Shown in pieces: positions 49,676-63,281 of a stretch of 64,000 nt of DNA. A program made the position numbers and the translations under genes. Origin of the DNA: Stegostoma tigrinum (taxonomy: Eukaryota); assembly GCF_030684315.1 (NCBI RefSeq), contig NC_081391.1, forward strand, positions 13,865,342 through 13,929,341, in the 5' to 3' direction. Positions within the stretch are counted from its first letter, which is position 1. Every line of letters begins with the position of its first letter. The notes below the pieces were generated by a model. That model worked only from the letters and a program-made list of their open reading frames with translations. It searched no databases and was not told the DNA's origin.

Positions 49676-51866
49676 TGTGGCCTGGAGTACTGTCTGCTTG
49701 GTCTGAATGCATTCCCCACTTCACCCTGGGCAATCTGGCTCCATCCAGGGAGAAGGGGCTTGTAGCAAACAATGTAATGGCTGTACCACCTGAATGGGAA
49801 TGAATAAAATGTATTGATGTTGCTTATTGTCCATCATTGAGACCCTTGATATTAAAGAGCTTTTGAGAGCTTCAAGCCTGTAATTTTGGCTAATGAAATT
49901 ATCAATAATTTGACAAAATATTTCCCTGGTCTTCTCTCCAACACACCCCCGCCTCAGTCTCGGAAATCCCGAGGAACTTCCTCTGTTATGAATCAAAGTT
50001 ATTCCTCCAGCCAGAGCATGAGGTTGGGGCCTGTGGGGTGTAAAATCACTTTGTACTGTTATCTCACACCCAGGAATGATGAATACACGTGCAGCTAAAA
50101 TTTTGTATTGTTTTCAAAAGAGAAAACACGCCTGCATGTGCAAAAGAAAGACTTGACACCCACTTTCAGAGAAACAGGGCTGTTGGATGCTTATTTTCAT
50201 GTCTAGCTTGCATAGCAATAGCTTCCCTGTCAACCTCCACCAACCTAGACTGATGCTAAAGTCAACTGAAATCACATGTTGATGCCAACATAAATTATGT
50301 GCGGGCTGGCTCAGCTTTCCTCAACAAGAGCTTAAGGGAAGAGATCCATCAGCGACCCCCTCTCTAGCCTTGTGGAGGAGCCAGCAATGCTGGGAGCAAT
50401 AATATTAAACTTAGCAACTGGGATCTGCCACACCTGGTCTATTCTACTCCAATCATTTTTATTACTTTGTGCTGAGAGTGCATCCTAGAACTTGAGGTTG
50501 GGGCCTGTGGGCAGGAAAATCACTTTTTGCTATTATCTCACAGCACGTACAATGAATACACATGCCGTTAAGATTCTCGGTGAGCCAGTTGAGGTTCAAG
50601 CCAAGACCAGCCGTGTGCCCTGCTGACCACCGCCACCAACTGCCTGCCTCAGGACAGCCATCAGCAGTTGCTCACAGTGACCAGTTCATTTGTTCCTTCG
50701 CCTGAGGAATATGTGCTGCTCTCCCCGGGGATGTGGATTGAATACCCATTGTAGCTCGACAAGAGAATTCACACGGGGGGATCCGTTTCCCAGGAGTAAT
50801 CCAAAGCTGTCCTAATGTGGCTTTGCTCCATTTACTTTCTTGCTCTCTGCCAAGTCTTGGTCAAAAATCCCACCACGCCTAGTAATAAACTTCAGGCCGG
50901 CCAGCCCAGAGATGGGAATATTCAGCACAAGTCTGCTTGAAAAAATTCACCTGAGCTGGATGCACTTAATGGCACCTACAGCAGGATAATAGTGACCTGG
51001 GAATAACACAGCAACGCTCCTGGTTAAATGCTGCCATTTGATTGGCTCTTGCTGCTAAAGCCAGCATTGAGCCCACGAAGCTGCTCCCTTGGTTCCTCTG
51101 AGCTTCCCCCACGGGGAGGGTTACTCCTGATGCAGGTTGATTTCACCCGATCACATTGAAGGAGCAGTGTGACTCAGGGAGGAGAACTGGAGATGCTGAC
51201 TTTCCTGAATGGCTGCTTCCTTTATCTTTCGAGGTGTCAGAGATCGTGGTTTAGGGTGGGGGCTGTCAGAGACATCCTGGGGAATGTTTCAGGGAGTTTT
51301 GTAGCGAGTGCACACTGCAGCCTTCACTGAGGTGTGGGTCTTTAAGGCACTGAATGTATTTGTTCCACCACATAAAGTGTTTTATTTTAAACAATCTTGA
51401 GTCTTGGCTGTAGAATCCCTGTCGTGCAGGAAGAGGTTTTTCAGCTCATTTCGTCTGCACTGATCCTCTGAACAGCATCTTGTTCAGACACACCCTGCCT
51501 TCTTACGCCATCTTTCCCACGGCCAGTCCAAAATAAACTGCATGTCTTTGGACTGTGGGAGGAGGTCCACACAGGCACGGGGAGGATGTGCAGCCTCTAC
51601 ACGTGACTGGAATTGACCCCAGGTCCCTGGCACGAGGGTTCAGTAATGCTAACCATTAAAATACCCTGTTTGCATACAATTAGAGTTAATGACTCATTCC
51701 ATATGCAAACAGACCCTTCGGCTACTCCAGCATTATTCCTAACTTCAGTCTTATCGATGGTGGACAGACTCTGAAAAGTCTGATGTAGAGTTATTCACAA
51801 CAGAATTCCCAGACTCTGACTTGGTCTCAAAGCCATGAGCTCATTAATTAATTGCCCATGGTTTCT

Positions 51867-53060
51867 TAGAAAATAGAACCTAGAACAGTACAGCACAGTT
51901 CAGGCCCTTCAGCCCACGATGATGTGCCGAACGTTTATCCTAAACCCAAGGCCTGTCTCACCTCCACTACTTTATGCTATCATCCATATGCTTATCTAAT
52001 AGCCGCTTAAATGCCCCTAACGAGGCCGACTCCACTACACTCTCCGGAAATGCAATCCATGCCCCGGCCACTCTCTGAGTAAAGAACCTACCTCTGACAT
52101 CTCCTCTGTATCTACCTCCACTCACTTCAAAACTATGCCCCCTCATAATAGCTAACTCCATCTTAGGAAAAAGTCTCTGGCTGTCTAATCTGCCTATACT
52201 TATGATCATTTTGTACACCTCTATCAAGTCACCTCTCATCCTTTGTTCTGAAGAGAAAAGCCCTCGTTCTCTCAACCTTTCCTCGTAAGACCTTCCCTCC
52301 ATTCCAAGCAACATCCTGGTAAATCTCCTCTGCACCTTTTCTAACGCTTCCACATCTTTGCTGGAATGAGGTGACCAGAACTGGACACAATACTCCAGAT
52401 GTGGCCGAACCAGGCTTTTGTCTAGCAGGAGCATAACTTCACAGCTCTTGAACTCAATCCCTCTATGAATGAAAGCTAACACACCACATGCCTTCTTAAC
52501 AACTCTATCCACCTGGCTGGCAGCTTTCAGGGAACTGTGGACATGAACCCTGAGATCCATCTGCTCCTCCACACTGCCAAGAATCTTTCCATTAACCCTG
52601 TATTCTGCATTCAAATTTGTCCTTCCAAAATGAATCATTTACCAAAATCATAAATAGAAGAGGACCCCGAACAGACCCTTGAGGTACACCACTCATAACT
52701 GAGCACCATGTTGAATATTTTCAGTCAACTGTCACCCATGTCTTCCATGGGTCAGCCAATTCTGAATCCAATCTGCCTCATTTCCCCCGTCGCATGCCTC
52801 CTGACTTTCTGCCCGAGCCTGCCATGGGCAACCTGATCAAACGCCTTACTTCAATCCATGTATCCCACATTCACTGATCTACCTTCATTCACATGTTTGG
52901 TCATCACTTCAAAGAATTCAATCAGATTTGTGAGGCATGATGTGATCATTAATTCTGTTTCTTAGAGTCCTTCCCATTAATTTGCCAACCACTGGCATAA
53001 GACTAGCTGGCCTGTAATTTCCAGGGTTACCCCGATTCCCTTTTTTGAACACATGAATAA
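51867..53060 (-). mobile_element. CR1 LINE; duplicated copy of the 11983-13395 insertion with internal deletions
   Basis: ORF 51967-52638 nearly identical to 12083-12850; same flanks. Confidence 0.92.
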
Positions 53061-53827
53061 TATTCACATTTGTCCTTCAAAGCAAAAAGATAGCACTAGA
53101 CTGCAACCTGCTATTTGAAGCAGATATTGAGTAAAAGTAACTTGCTTCCACCAGTCTGTACATCAGTGCTGTGATCATACTCGAACTATCATTGGGGATC
53201 CTCAATTCCCAAAGCCTCACAGGCCACCAGTGCATGGGAGGCTGCTCCATTCAACGCAGTTGCTGAGCCATACATTCTACAGAATGTAATGTAAACAGGA
53301 CCAGAAACTCTCCACTTGGAAACATGCTGGACTTAAGCTCTCGATCTACTTCAAACAATTAAAAATCAAACTTTGCGATAGAAAGTTTGCATGTGCTATA
53401 CATTTCCAGCAGCAATGTAGACAGGGAGGTGTGAGGTCTACTATGCAGGAGAGGCACTCAGCACATTTAGCGCCTTGCTTTTCAAACTGCACTTCATGAA
53501 CCCAACGTCAAGGAGATCACAGCAGATTCAGAATGGATCCACAAAGGAATGAGCTTCCTGTATGAGATAACCCAAAAGCACATTGTTTCTGTCGCTGCAC
53601 AGCAATAAGAAAATGTTTATTGTTAACAAAATCTGGCCATTTTTCAATGGGCTCCAACGCTGTTATTCAACAAGTACAAAGACTAATCCCTCAGAGTAAC
53701 AAACTGACAGAATTCTGCCAATCTGTGATGAGTGTGTCTTAAGATATAATCTCAGACACAATTGTGAACTTTTAGAGTATATTTTATTGTCATTTTCTCA
53801 TAGAAATACTTCCAGAATTTGCACTTG

Positions 53828-54020
53828 TGCAGGAGGTCAAAGGTCATTCAGCAATTCCATCATCGACCAGTTGTCAATTCTGATCGTTTTCTGGATCCAA
53901 TTCCCATCCTGCACTGGTTGGACGTGGCAGCTGATCAATTGATGAACAAGAGTGATTGGCCATCACTGATGATGTCATTTCCTGCTTCATAAAATGAGAG
54001 TCTGCTCCTGGAGTATAAGT
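53828..54020 (+). promoter_or_regulatory. Conserved ferritin promoter, copy H
   Basis: Perfect DR1 at 53834-53846; TATA variant TATAAG at 54014-54019. Confidence 0.65.
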
Positions 54021-54118
54021 AATGCCCCAAGGACGTTATGTTTTTTTGTCTAGTTGATGTTGGTTCTAAATTGGTCACTTATGTTGTGAATAGAGTAAAA
54101 CAAACTCCCCATCACAAG

Positions 54119-57100
54119 ATGGCCTCCCAGATTAGTCAGAACTATCACCAGGATTGTGAAGCTGCTGTCAACAAGCAGATTCATGTGGAACTCACTGCCT
54201 CCTATCTCTATCAGTCTTTGGTGAGTCTTGTCCCTAGGGGGTTAAAACTTGATCTATGTAGTTGCAGTAAATGGTTTCTCTTGAATTTAAATAACTGGAC
54301 ACTCTCTCTGGTCGACTGAGTTTTGTGGTCCTTTCCTAAATATTAATTCAGGATAAGGGCAATGTTACTATACCAATGGGGTTTGATAATGATGTACTCT
54401 GAAGCTGGGTCCCAGTTGGCATTTGGAGATATGTGGAGGTTTAAGTGTCCCTGGAGATATTTGCCAGTTTTGATTGGCAGTAGATGTCATTCCCTCTAAG
54501 ATTACACAGCAGGCTGAGCAGGATGGCTGATGTTTTGGGGCTTGACCCTTCTGAAGGTGTGTCTAGGCCCAAAACATCAGCTTTCCTGCTCCTTTGCTTG
54601 GCCTGATGTGTTCATTCAGCTCTACATCATTGTATCTCAAGGGGTAGAGTGTGTTTGGAAGTTGTGTTCAAGTAACCTTGGTGAGTGCTGCAGGGGACCT
54701 GGTAGATAATGGACCCTGAAAGGAGGTGGTGAATGCAGTCCCCATCAAGTGGGCTGCTCTGTCCTGGATGGTGTCTGCTTCTTGCATGTGGCAGCTCCAC
54801 CTCCACAGACACATGGAGAAGCTTCATCACACTCAGCTTTTTTCTCTTAGAAAGAAGATGCCTCATGACAGATGGATGAAGCCTGTGTAAACTCCATTTG
54901 GGAGGTGGGTACAGCTTTCATTGGTGAGCTAGTTGATGGGTGTTAATTCCTGACCAGGGTCCCAATTCCCTTGGGGAACATGTGTGCCAATTCTAAAATC
55001 CTTCCTATTCTCTCCTGCCACAGCTTGTCCCTACCCCAATTAAACAGCCAAGAAATTTTGTTTGACTGCTTCTGCTTCAAGAAAGTAACTTCCCACCAGG
55101 TTTCCTCAACAACAAAACCCTTAGCTCCTGTTTCAAATATCAGAAGAATAGCCCTTCATAAACCTCAAGGCATTGGATTGTGAATATCTCGGTTCGGAAG
55201 TGAGTCACATATGGGTGGACAAACAACAGAACGCTGCCTGCTGGAATAAGCCAAACTCTGGTGTCCAGCTTTGTGTTAACTAGTGATGTTAGATCAGCCA
55301 TTATCTGGAGGTACATGTCGCATTGGCCTGCTCCCCCTCTCCCTCTCCCCCCTGCGTGCTCTTGTGGTCATGTGACCCTTGTTTTCTCCCCCCCGACCCC
55401 TTCTGGATGTGAGTGCACTAATTTTAGTGTGCTATAAACTATAGCTGCAACAATCCAGAGGCTGTTACTGGGTAGGTTTTCCTTTGCACTATCTTGTTGT
55501 CGCTTTCTCTCATTCGCCTCTACTATATCTTGTAGTAATAAAATATACCGTACACTATCTCCCTGGTTTTGAGGCTGCAGAAACCTTGCTTCCTCCTGGT
55601 TATATTGTTACAGCAGTGTCTAACATGCATTTCCATGCCAGCCCCAAAGGAGCAATAGTGTTGCAGCTCCGCTACTCAACTATAGCCTGCACTCCAGCTC
55701 CTGGTGCTTGTTTCAGCTGTTTTTTAGGCTCTAAATTTGTCCAATTCAAATGAAGGTTAGTGAGTGAAAACATGGCTGGATGCAAGAAGAGCTATAATGC
55801 TGTGCCAGACAGCCTGAGCAATTCACTGTTTTAAGCCAAACTTTTGCCAGTTTCCAATAGGAAATTGGGATTGTTGTTAGTTCCCAGTTGAAGGATCCGC
55901 TGGCCAGCTGGATATCAGCGGATTCTCAACCATGTTCACATACCACGCAGTTAACAGCTAACTGAGCAGTTAGCTTGCTGCAGAAGGCTGAACTAGAATT
56001 TGGAGTCAGTGCTGTGTTCAATGGGCTTTAACATGTTCTCTCCCTTCCAGATGACCTACTTTGACTGGGATGATGTGGCCCTCCCCCACTTCTCCCAGTT
56101 CTTCAAAGATCAGTCCCAGGTGAAGCAGGAACCTGCAGAGAAGCTGCTGAAATTACAGAATCAGCGTGGAGGCAGAGGCTGAGTCCTCCTCCAGGATGTG
56201 AAGGTTGGAGTTGTGTGGGAGGGTTGCAGCTGTGGGGAAGAGAATGGCAGCTCTTGTGGTGCTGCTTCCTGTTGGGATGTAAAAATCCTCTTTTGGCCTG
56301 GCTTCCCTGTTTGATTTCTTTTGAAGGCAGTTTCTAAACTAGCCCTATTGTCCACCGTGTCTATGCTGCCCACAAACCTCAAACTACATTAACACAATTT
56401 CCTTGCACTTAGTCCCCAGCCTACTATCTTCTGGCATGAAGAAGTTGTTGAGATTAGGCTTAAATGTTGCTGGAGTAACTTCCTCCACTGACCCCTCAGG
56501 TCATGCATCCCATACCTCTCCCACCCTCCATTATCCTCCAATCTCCTCAAACCTGTGCCATCTGGTCTTCATGTCTGCCACAGGGACTGTCTATTGTCCA
56601 TGCTCCCTGATCTTCCACACTTCCATGAGATAACCATCCCAGTCTATCCAACCTCCCTCTCATCATTGTTTTTTTTGTCAGTTTTCTTCCCCCATCTTGG
56701 GCCAACATCCTGATGACCCTCACCTGTACCCCCTCCAGTGTCACCCTGTCCCTCTGATTGTGGTTCTGGTCACCACACTACATTCCATCTTTGGTCTGGC
56801 CAATGCTGCCATGTTTATGGCAAGACTCATCCTTTTTACTGATCCCCAACTCCTGGAGACCAGCATCATGTCAGCCCCTTCCCCACTCTGTCTACCTTTG
56901 CTGAACCTTGAGGGATGGCCTTGGGCATTTGTTGCTTGTCCCTTTTACTGTAAGCACATTGCTGCTCCCTTCAATGAATTAAACAGCAGTGATGTCTGAT
57001 CATCCTGCTCAGACATGTATGAAGCCACTGGCACAGGTGAGACATAGATGCCTGGCCTGCAAGGTCCAGATTGGTACTCTACCTCAAGAGCCCTTGAGAC

Positions 57101-58262
57101 TAAGGTGTGAATGTCCTGATCTAAATGACAAATGGGCACTGGTGCAAACAGTTTAACTTTGTGTGAAATAAATCCCTGTCCCCACAATGACTTCATGCTT
57201 CAGATCAAGGATAAATGGAGCAAAGTGAAGTCACCTACAAGTCATCAATGTGGGTTTTAGGGGTGGCACAGTTGCTCAGTGGTTAGCACTGCTGCCTCAG
57301 TGCCAGGGACACAGGTTTAGCTCTGGCCTCTGGTGACTGGTGCTGACATGATCAGTTTCTTCCTACAGTCCAAATATGGGCAGGCTGGGTGAAGTAGCTG
57401 TGGGGGAAATGCAGGGCTATGGGATCAGGTAAATCTGAGATCTGCTTCAGAAGGTTGATTGCAGACTCAATGGGCTGAATGGCCTGCTCCCATGCTGCAG
57501 GAAGTCTGATTCTGAGGCTTAACTGTTCTTCTTTTCCCCCCTCCAGAAGCCAGAGAGGGATGAGTAGGGTAACAGCCTGCAGGCAATGCAAGTTCTCCTG
57601 GATCTGGAGAAGAACGTGAACCAGAGTTTGTTGGATCTACCCCAACTCGCCACAGCCCAGACTGACCCTCATGTAAGCTTCACCTCTTCATTCTCACCAC
57701 TGCCATGCCTCCTCAACTTCATTGGTTGATCTTTGTGGAGTGGAAAGTCACAGACGTAACTCTGTCCAGATGCTACATTGTCATCATAATTATGTTATTA
57801 AGGTACAATGTTACAACTGCTCAACACTGAACTGAAATAGGAATTTGGATTACAGTCTAGTGGGAATGCTGATGTGATTTTTGGCTGCTGAATTGGGGAT
57901 TGTTGCACTATACAATACAACTTGGAGCTCTTTCAGAAGGTGAGATGGATCAGCTGAAATGTTGTCGTCACTGGCATCAATTCTCCACCTGGTAGCTAGA
58001 TTTTCAGGGCTGTCTAGAGCTAGTTATGGCTAAGGGTTTTTCAGTGGGAATTATGAAATTGTCTTGGACAGTGTTAATGCACTCAGTTGTCATCTTCCTC
58101 TGTTGCAGCTGAGACTTCCTGGAGACTCACTATTTGGATGAGGAGGTGGAGATCATCAAGCAACTGGGTGACTACATCACCAACCTGAAGCACCTGGGAG
58201 CCCCTGAGAATGGGATGGAAGAGTACCTGTTTGACAGGCTCTCCCTGGAGGACAGCAGTTAG
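54119..58262 (+). pseudogene. Ferritin copy H, pseudogene; exons 54119-54220, 56051-56203, 57547-57672, 58109-58262
   Basis: 6-nt insertion with in-frame TGA at 56180-56182; TGG->TAG at 57565-57567; 2-nt deletion at the start of exon 4; E61V and H65P. Confidence 0.95.
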
Positions 58263-58430
58263 TGTGGCCTGGAGCACTGTCTACTTGGTCTGAATGCATG
58301 CCCCACTTCACCCTGGCCAACCTGTCTCCTTCCAAGGAGAAGGGACTTGGAGCAAAGAATGTAATGGCTGTAGCAGCCGAATGGGAATGAATAAAATGAT
58401 GTGTTGATCTTGCTTATTGTCCATCATTCA
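54221..58430 (+). repeat. Segmental duplication of the copy-D gene body (20713-25500)
   Basis: Introns 1-3 of H are collinear and highly similar to those of D. Confidence 0.88.
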
Positions 58431-61400
58431 GAACTGGGTGGTGTCTCTCGAGAGCTTGAAGCCTGTAATCTTTCTGTAGTTTGATTGGCTGGTCCAATTA
58501 CAATTGGACATGAGACTAATTCACTGGGTCTTTTGACAATTTCCCCACCTCACTGGTCAGGGATAATGAGATGGAGTGCCTCCTTTGTGTGAAACAAGAT
58601 ATTCCCCTCCCACCAGAATTTGAGGTTGTGGTTTGATGCTGTTGGCCGAGAAAACGTTTTCGACAATGACTAGCATACTGTTGGATGTGGTGTGCACAAT
58701 TGTAGTTAACAGAACGTGGAATTCCTTTTGCAAAAGCAACTTCCCACACCTTTTATCAAAAGCTAGGACCAGGCCCCAACATTCTGAAAATTAGGGAAAT
58801 TTTAACTTGTACATGGATAAGGCATGGAAAAATTTACGTTAAATACCTTTCCTAATCAGCCTCCCTGAACAGTACCTTACACTCCAAGTGACAGAAATCA
58901 CAATTTGACGACAAAACTAACTAATCTGCTGGCTGGATCAGCTCAGCTGAAGGAGGTGAGATATCGGGATGTGTTTCCTTGCCCGGGGCAGGAACCAGCT
59001 CATTGGGAGAGGATACCACTTCAGCTGGTCTGCTATTCATTGACTCGGGCCCTAACATGACGTGACGAGTATATTCTATTCTCAGTTCTCAGCATTGTTG
59101 TCTCCTTTGTTTCTGTTACTTTTTTCTTTACACCCCCCTCCCCCACAACCATGTGTGCAGCCCAACAGCGTTGGGTGCTGGTAAAGGGTCAAACCAGGAC
59201 CAGCAGTCAAGGTGGTGGGGGGTGGGGTGCCACGTGCCACTCTCTAAAACCCATTCACCCTTCCCTTGTTACACGTCTCCACCAGTTGGCAATGCTCACC
59301 AGTTGATTCCTCCTTCAGTCTGAGTTACCACACGGTGACACTTCAGGGGATTTTATATCCACTTCAGCTCCAAAAGGAGTCAATGCCCATGGTTGCTGGG
59401 GGCAGTATGCGCAGAAGCAATCCCAATTTGTCCGAATGTGGCTCCCTTATTCCACTTTCTTTCCCTATCCTTGCACTTACTCTACCGCTTCATCCAAGGA
59501 AAAATTTTCAAGCCTACCACCCCCAAGACCTGGGAAAGTGCAGCCCAAATTTTCACAGCAGCCTCTATCAGACAGTCAGCTCACATTCACCTGAGCTGTA
59601 TGAGCGTATAATGCCTGCTCTTGATGCCACCCACAGTGGCAGTGTCTTGAGCATAGCATAGCACAGCAGCGCTCCTGGTTAAATGTTGCCATTTGATTGG
59701 CTCTTGCTGCTAAAGCCTGCATTGAGCGCACTAAGCTGCTCCTTTGGTTCCTCTGAGCTTCCCCCACGGTGAGCGTTACTCCTGATGCAGGTTAATTGGG
59801 TGAAATCACATTGAAGGAGCAGTGTGACTCGGAGAGGAGACTTGGAGATGCTGATTTTCCTGTCCCCCTGCTTCCCTTATCTTTCGAGGGGTCAGAGATC
59901 CTGGGTTAGGGAGGGGGCTATCAGAGACATCCTGAGGATTGTTCCAGGGAGTTTTGTAGCGAGTGCACACTGCAGCCTGCATGAGGGTGTGGGTCTTTAA
60001 GGCACTGAGCGTGTTTGTTCCTCCACAGAGAGCAGTTTAATTGCAGCAAATTGAAGTCTTGGCTGGAGAATCCCAATAGTGCAGCAAGAGGATATTAGGC
60101 CCATTAAATCTGCATCGACCCACTGAACCACATCCTGCTCAGACCCAACCCATTTGCTTAACCCCACGGTCAATCGAATTACCTTGGATGCGCATTGTCA
60201 CTATGGGGCTATTTAGTATTACCAACCCACCTACCCTGCAAATCATTGGGCTGTGTGAAGAAACTCAAGCACCTGGAGGAAATCCACGCAGGCCATCAGC
60301 CAGGGGTAGAATCGAACCTGGGTCCCTGGCACTGAGGCGCCAAAATATTCTAAAGTACCAAAGGGAAGGAATGCACTGTGGCAAACTACGTCATGGGAAT
60401 AGACTCTGCAGCCCAGCCCGAACTTGCAGACCAGGTTTTCATAAACTGTGTAGTGCCATTTGCCTACATTTGGCCCATCTTTCTCTAAACCGTTCCTTTC
60501 CATGTAAATCTCCAAATGTCACTTAAATGTTGTAATTCTATCCACCTCTACCACTTCCTCTGGCAGCTTGTTCCATGCACGTACCACCCTCTGTGTGAAA
60601 ATGTTGTCCCTCACGCCCCTTTTAAATCCTTCCCCCTCTCCCATCAAACCGGTGCCCTCTAGTTTTGGACCCCCCTACCCTGTCCCAGCATGCTTTTTAT
60701 ATACAGTCAATCTTGAGTGTGCCAATGGCAAGGCTACATTTAGTGCTCAGCAACTGTTCCACTTCAGGAGGTGGTGATGAGCTGGTTATTACAGTCCACC
60801 TGGTGTACGAGAGACCGGAATGAAGCTGCTGCTGTTGCTGAGGAGGGGCTCCTGGGATTTTCATTCACAAACAGGGATAGTGTTCCAAGTCAGGATGGTG
60901 ACAGATTTACATGGAGCTGCTTGAGTGTCGTCGGAGCTGCCTCAAGCGAGAACATTGTAAACTATTCCAGCACTACTCCCAACTTCAGCCTTATTGACGG
61001 TGGACAGGTTTTGGAAACTCAGGAGTTGAGAACTTCCTGACAGAATTCCCAGCATCTGAATTCCCAGTTTCTGAGCTGTACCATCTACAGAACGCAATTT
61101 AAACAGGACCAGAAATTCCTCACTTGGAAACCTGCTGGGGTTAATCGCTAGTTCTACTTCAAACAATGAAAAACGAAACTGGGAGACAGAAATGTTCAAC
61201 GTGCGATACATTTCCAGCAGCAACTGAGACATAGAGGCCTGAGGCCTACTGTGTAGCAGAGGCACTCAGCACATTTAGCGTTTTGCTTTTCAAACTGGGC
61301 CTTCAAGGTCAAGGTCAGGGAGATCACATCAGATGCAGATTGGATCCACAAAGTACATCAGTTGCCTGTTTTAGATGATCCAAAAGCACATTATTTCTGT

Positions 61401-61634
61401 TGTGGCACAGAAATAGGAAAATGTTCAGATCAACCAAATCGAGCCATTTTTCAAAGAGCTCCAACACCAATGTTCAAAAATTATGACGACTAATCCCTCA
61501 GAATAACAATCTGACAGAATTCTGCAAATCTGTGATGAATGTGTCTTAACGCACAACTTCAGATACAGACGTGAAGTTTTAGAGCATACTTTATTCTCAT
61601 TTTCAGGGAGATGTCCTCCCAGAATTTGCCCTTG

Positions 61635-61830
61635 TGCGGGAGGTCAAAGATCATTTCAGCAATTTCATCATCAACCACTCATCAATTCTGATTGGTTTTT
61701 TGACCCGATTCCCATCCTGCACTGATTGGATGTGGCAGCTGATCAATTGATTAACAAGAGTGATTGGCCATCACTGATGATCTCATTTCCTGCTTCATAA
61801 AATGAGTGTTGGCTCCTCGGGTATAAATAG
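61635..61830 (+). promoter_or_regulatory. Conserved ferritin promoter, copy I
   Basis: AGGTCAAAGATCA at 61641-61653; TATAAA at 61822-61827. Confidence 0.72.
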
Positions 61831-61915
61831 AGTCCCAGGGCAGGGATGTTTATTGTTGTTCTTAACTTTGTTATTTTTGTGGTGTGGAAACTAAGGCAAG
61901 CTTTTCCTTTATATG

Positions 61916-62017
61916 ATGGCCTCCCAGATCAGTCAGAACTATCACCAGGATTGTGAAGCTGCTGTCAACAAGCAGATCAATGTGGAGCTCACTGCCTCCT
62001 ATCTCTATCAGTCTTTG
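61916..62017 (+). CDS. Ferritin subunit copy I, exon 1 only (F-type copy; the rest lies beyond the window)
   Basis: [34 protein letters not shown] followed by GTGAGT; TATAAA at 61822. Confidence 0.92.
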
Positions 62018-62507
62018 GTGAGTGGTGTCTCTGTTGGGTGAAACATACTTCTGTTCTGTTGAAGTGAACTCTACCCCTTGGATGTAATTAAGTTGTCTAT
62101 CTTTTATAGACTGAGTTTTGTGGCTCCTACCTCTTTCTCAATGCAGGATGAGTGTGATGTTACTGTAACAATAGTTTGGTGTCCAATGTTACTCTAACTT
62201 GGGTCCCAGTTGGTTGTCAGTGAGATGTGGAGTGTTCTTGTAGTTACTTGCCTGTCCCATGATGGTGCTGTGACTGGTGGTAATTATAGCTTCCTGTGGC
62301 TGTTTGAAACTTGAGGGAACTAATTTAAAAATGAATTGGGACTCACCATTGTGGGAATGGAAGCACCATCAGCTAGTCACTGCTCTTCTTTTCCTTCTTG
62401 TATCCTTGCTTGTATTTGAATTTTGTGGTGATCCCAACTTAACATCTCAAATAATCTTGAGAATCTTGATTTCCTATTGCAATCAGCTTAGAATAGGCTT
62501 GTTCTAG

Positions 62508-63281
62508 CCCTACAGAGCTGGGCTGAGAGGTGGCAAATGGAGTTTAATGCAGACAAGTGAGGTGATGCACTTTGGTAGGAGTAACCGGAAGGCAAAGTAC
62601 TGGGCTAATGGTAAGATTCTTGGTAATGTAGATGAGCAGAGAGATCTCGGTGTCCACGTAAACAGGTCCTTGAAAGTTGCCATCCAGGTTGATAGGGCGG
62701 TTAAGAAGGCAGTGTTTTCTCTTTTGATTAATAGAGGCATTGAGTTCTGGAACCAAGAGGTTATGGTGAAGCTGTACCAAACTCTGGTGTGGCTGCACTT
62801 GTAGTATTGTATACAGTTCTGGTCACTGCATTATAAGGATGTGGAAGCTTTGGCAAGAGTGCAGAGGAGGTTTACTAGGATGTTGCCTGGTATCGAGGGA
62901 AGCTCTTATGAGGAAAGACTGAGGGACTTGAGGCTGTCTTCATTGGTGAGAAGGTTGAGAGTTGACTTAATTGAAACATATAATATTCTGAGGGTTGGAA
63001 AGGGAAATCCTCTTTCTGCGGACGGTGAGCATGAGGGGGCATAGCTGTAAATTGAGGGATGATAGATATAGGACAGATGTCTGAGGTAGTTTCTTTACTC
63101 AGTAGTAAGGGAATGGAATGCTTTGCCTGTGACGGTAGTAGATTTGCCAACTTTAGGTACATTTAAGTCATCATTGGACAAGCATATGGACGTACAGGGA
63201 ATAGTCTAGGTTAGATGGGCTTGAGATCAGTATGACAAGTTGACACAACATCTAGGGCCTGTACTGTGCTGTTATGTTCTA
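62508..63281 (+). mobile_element. CR1 LINE 3' fragment in intron 1 of copy I (same insertion as in F)
   Basis: [25 protein letters not shown]; identical insertion point after GAATAGGCTTGTTCT. Confidence 0.88.

Larger units (their letters stand above)
39897..53990 (+). repeat. Segmental duplication block 1b (copy of 1-14330)
   Basis: Long near-identical runs, e.g. intron 1 of B (4920-) vs G (45614-). Confidence 0.9.
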
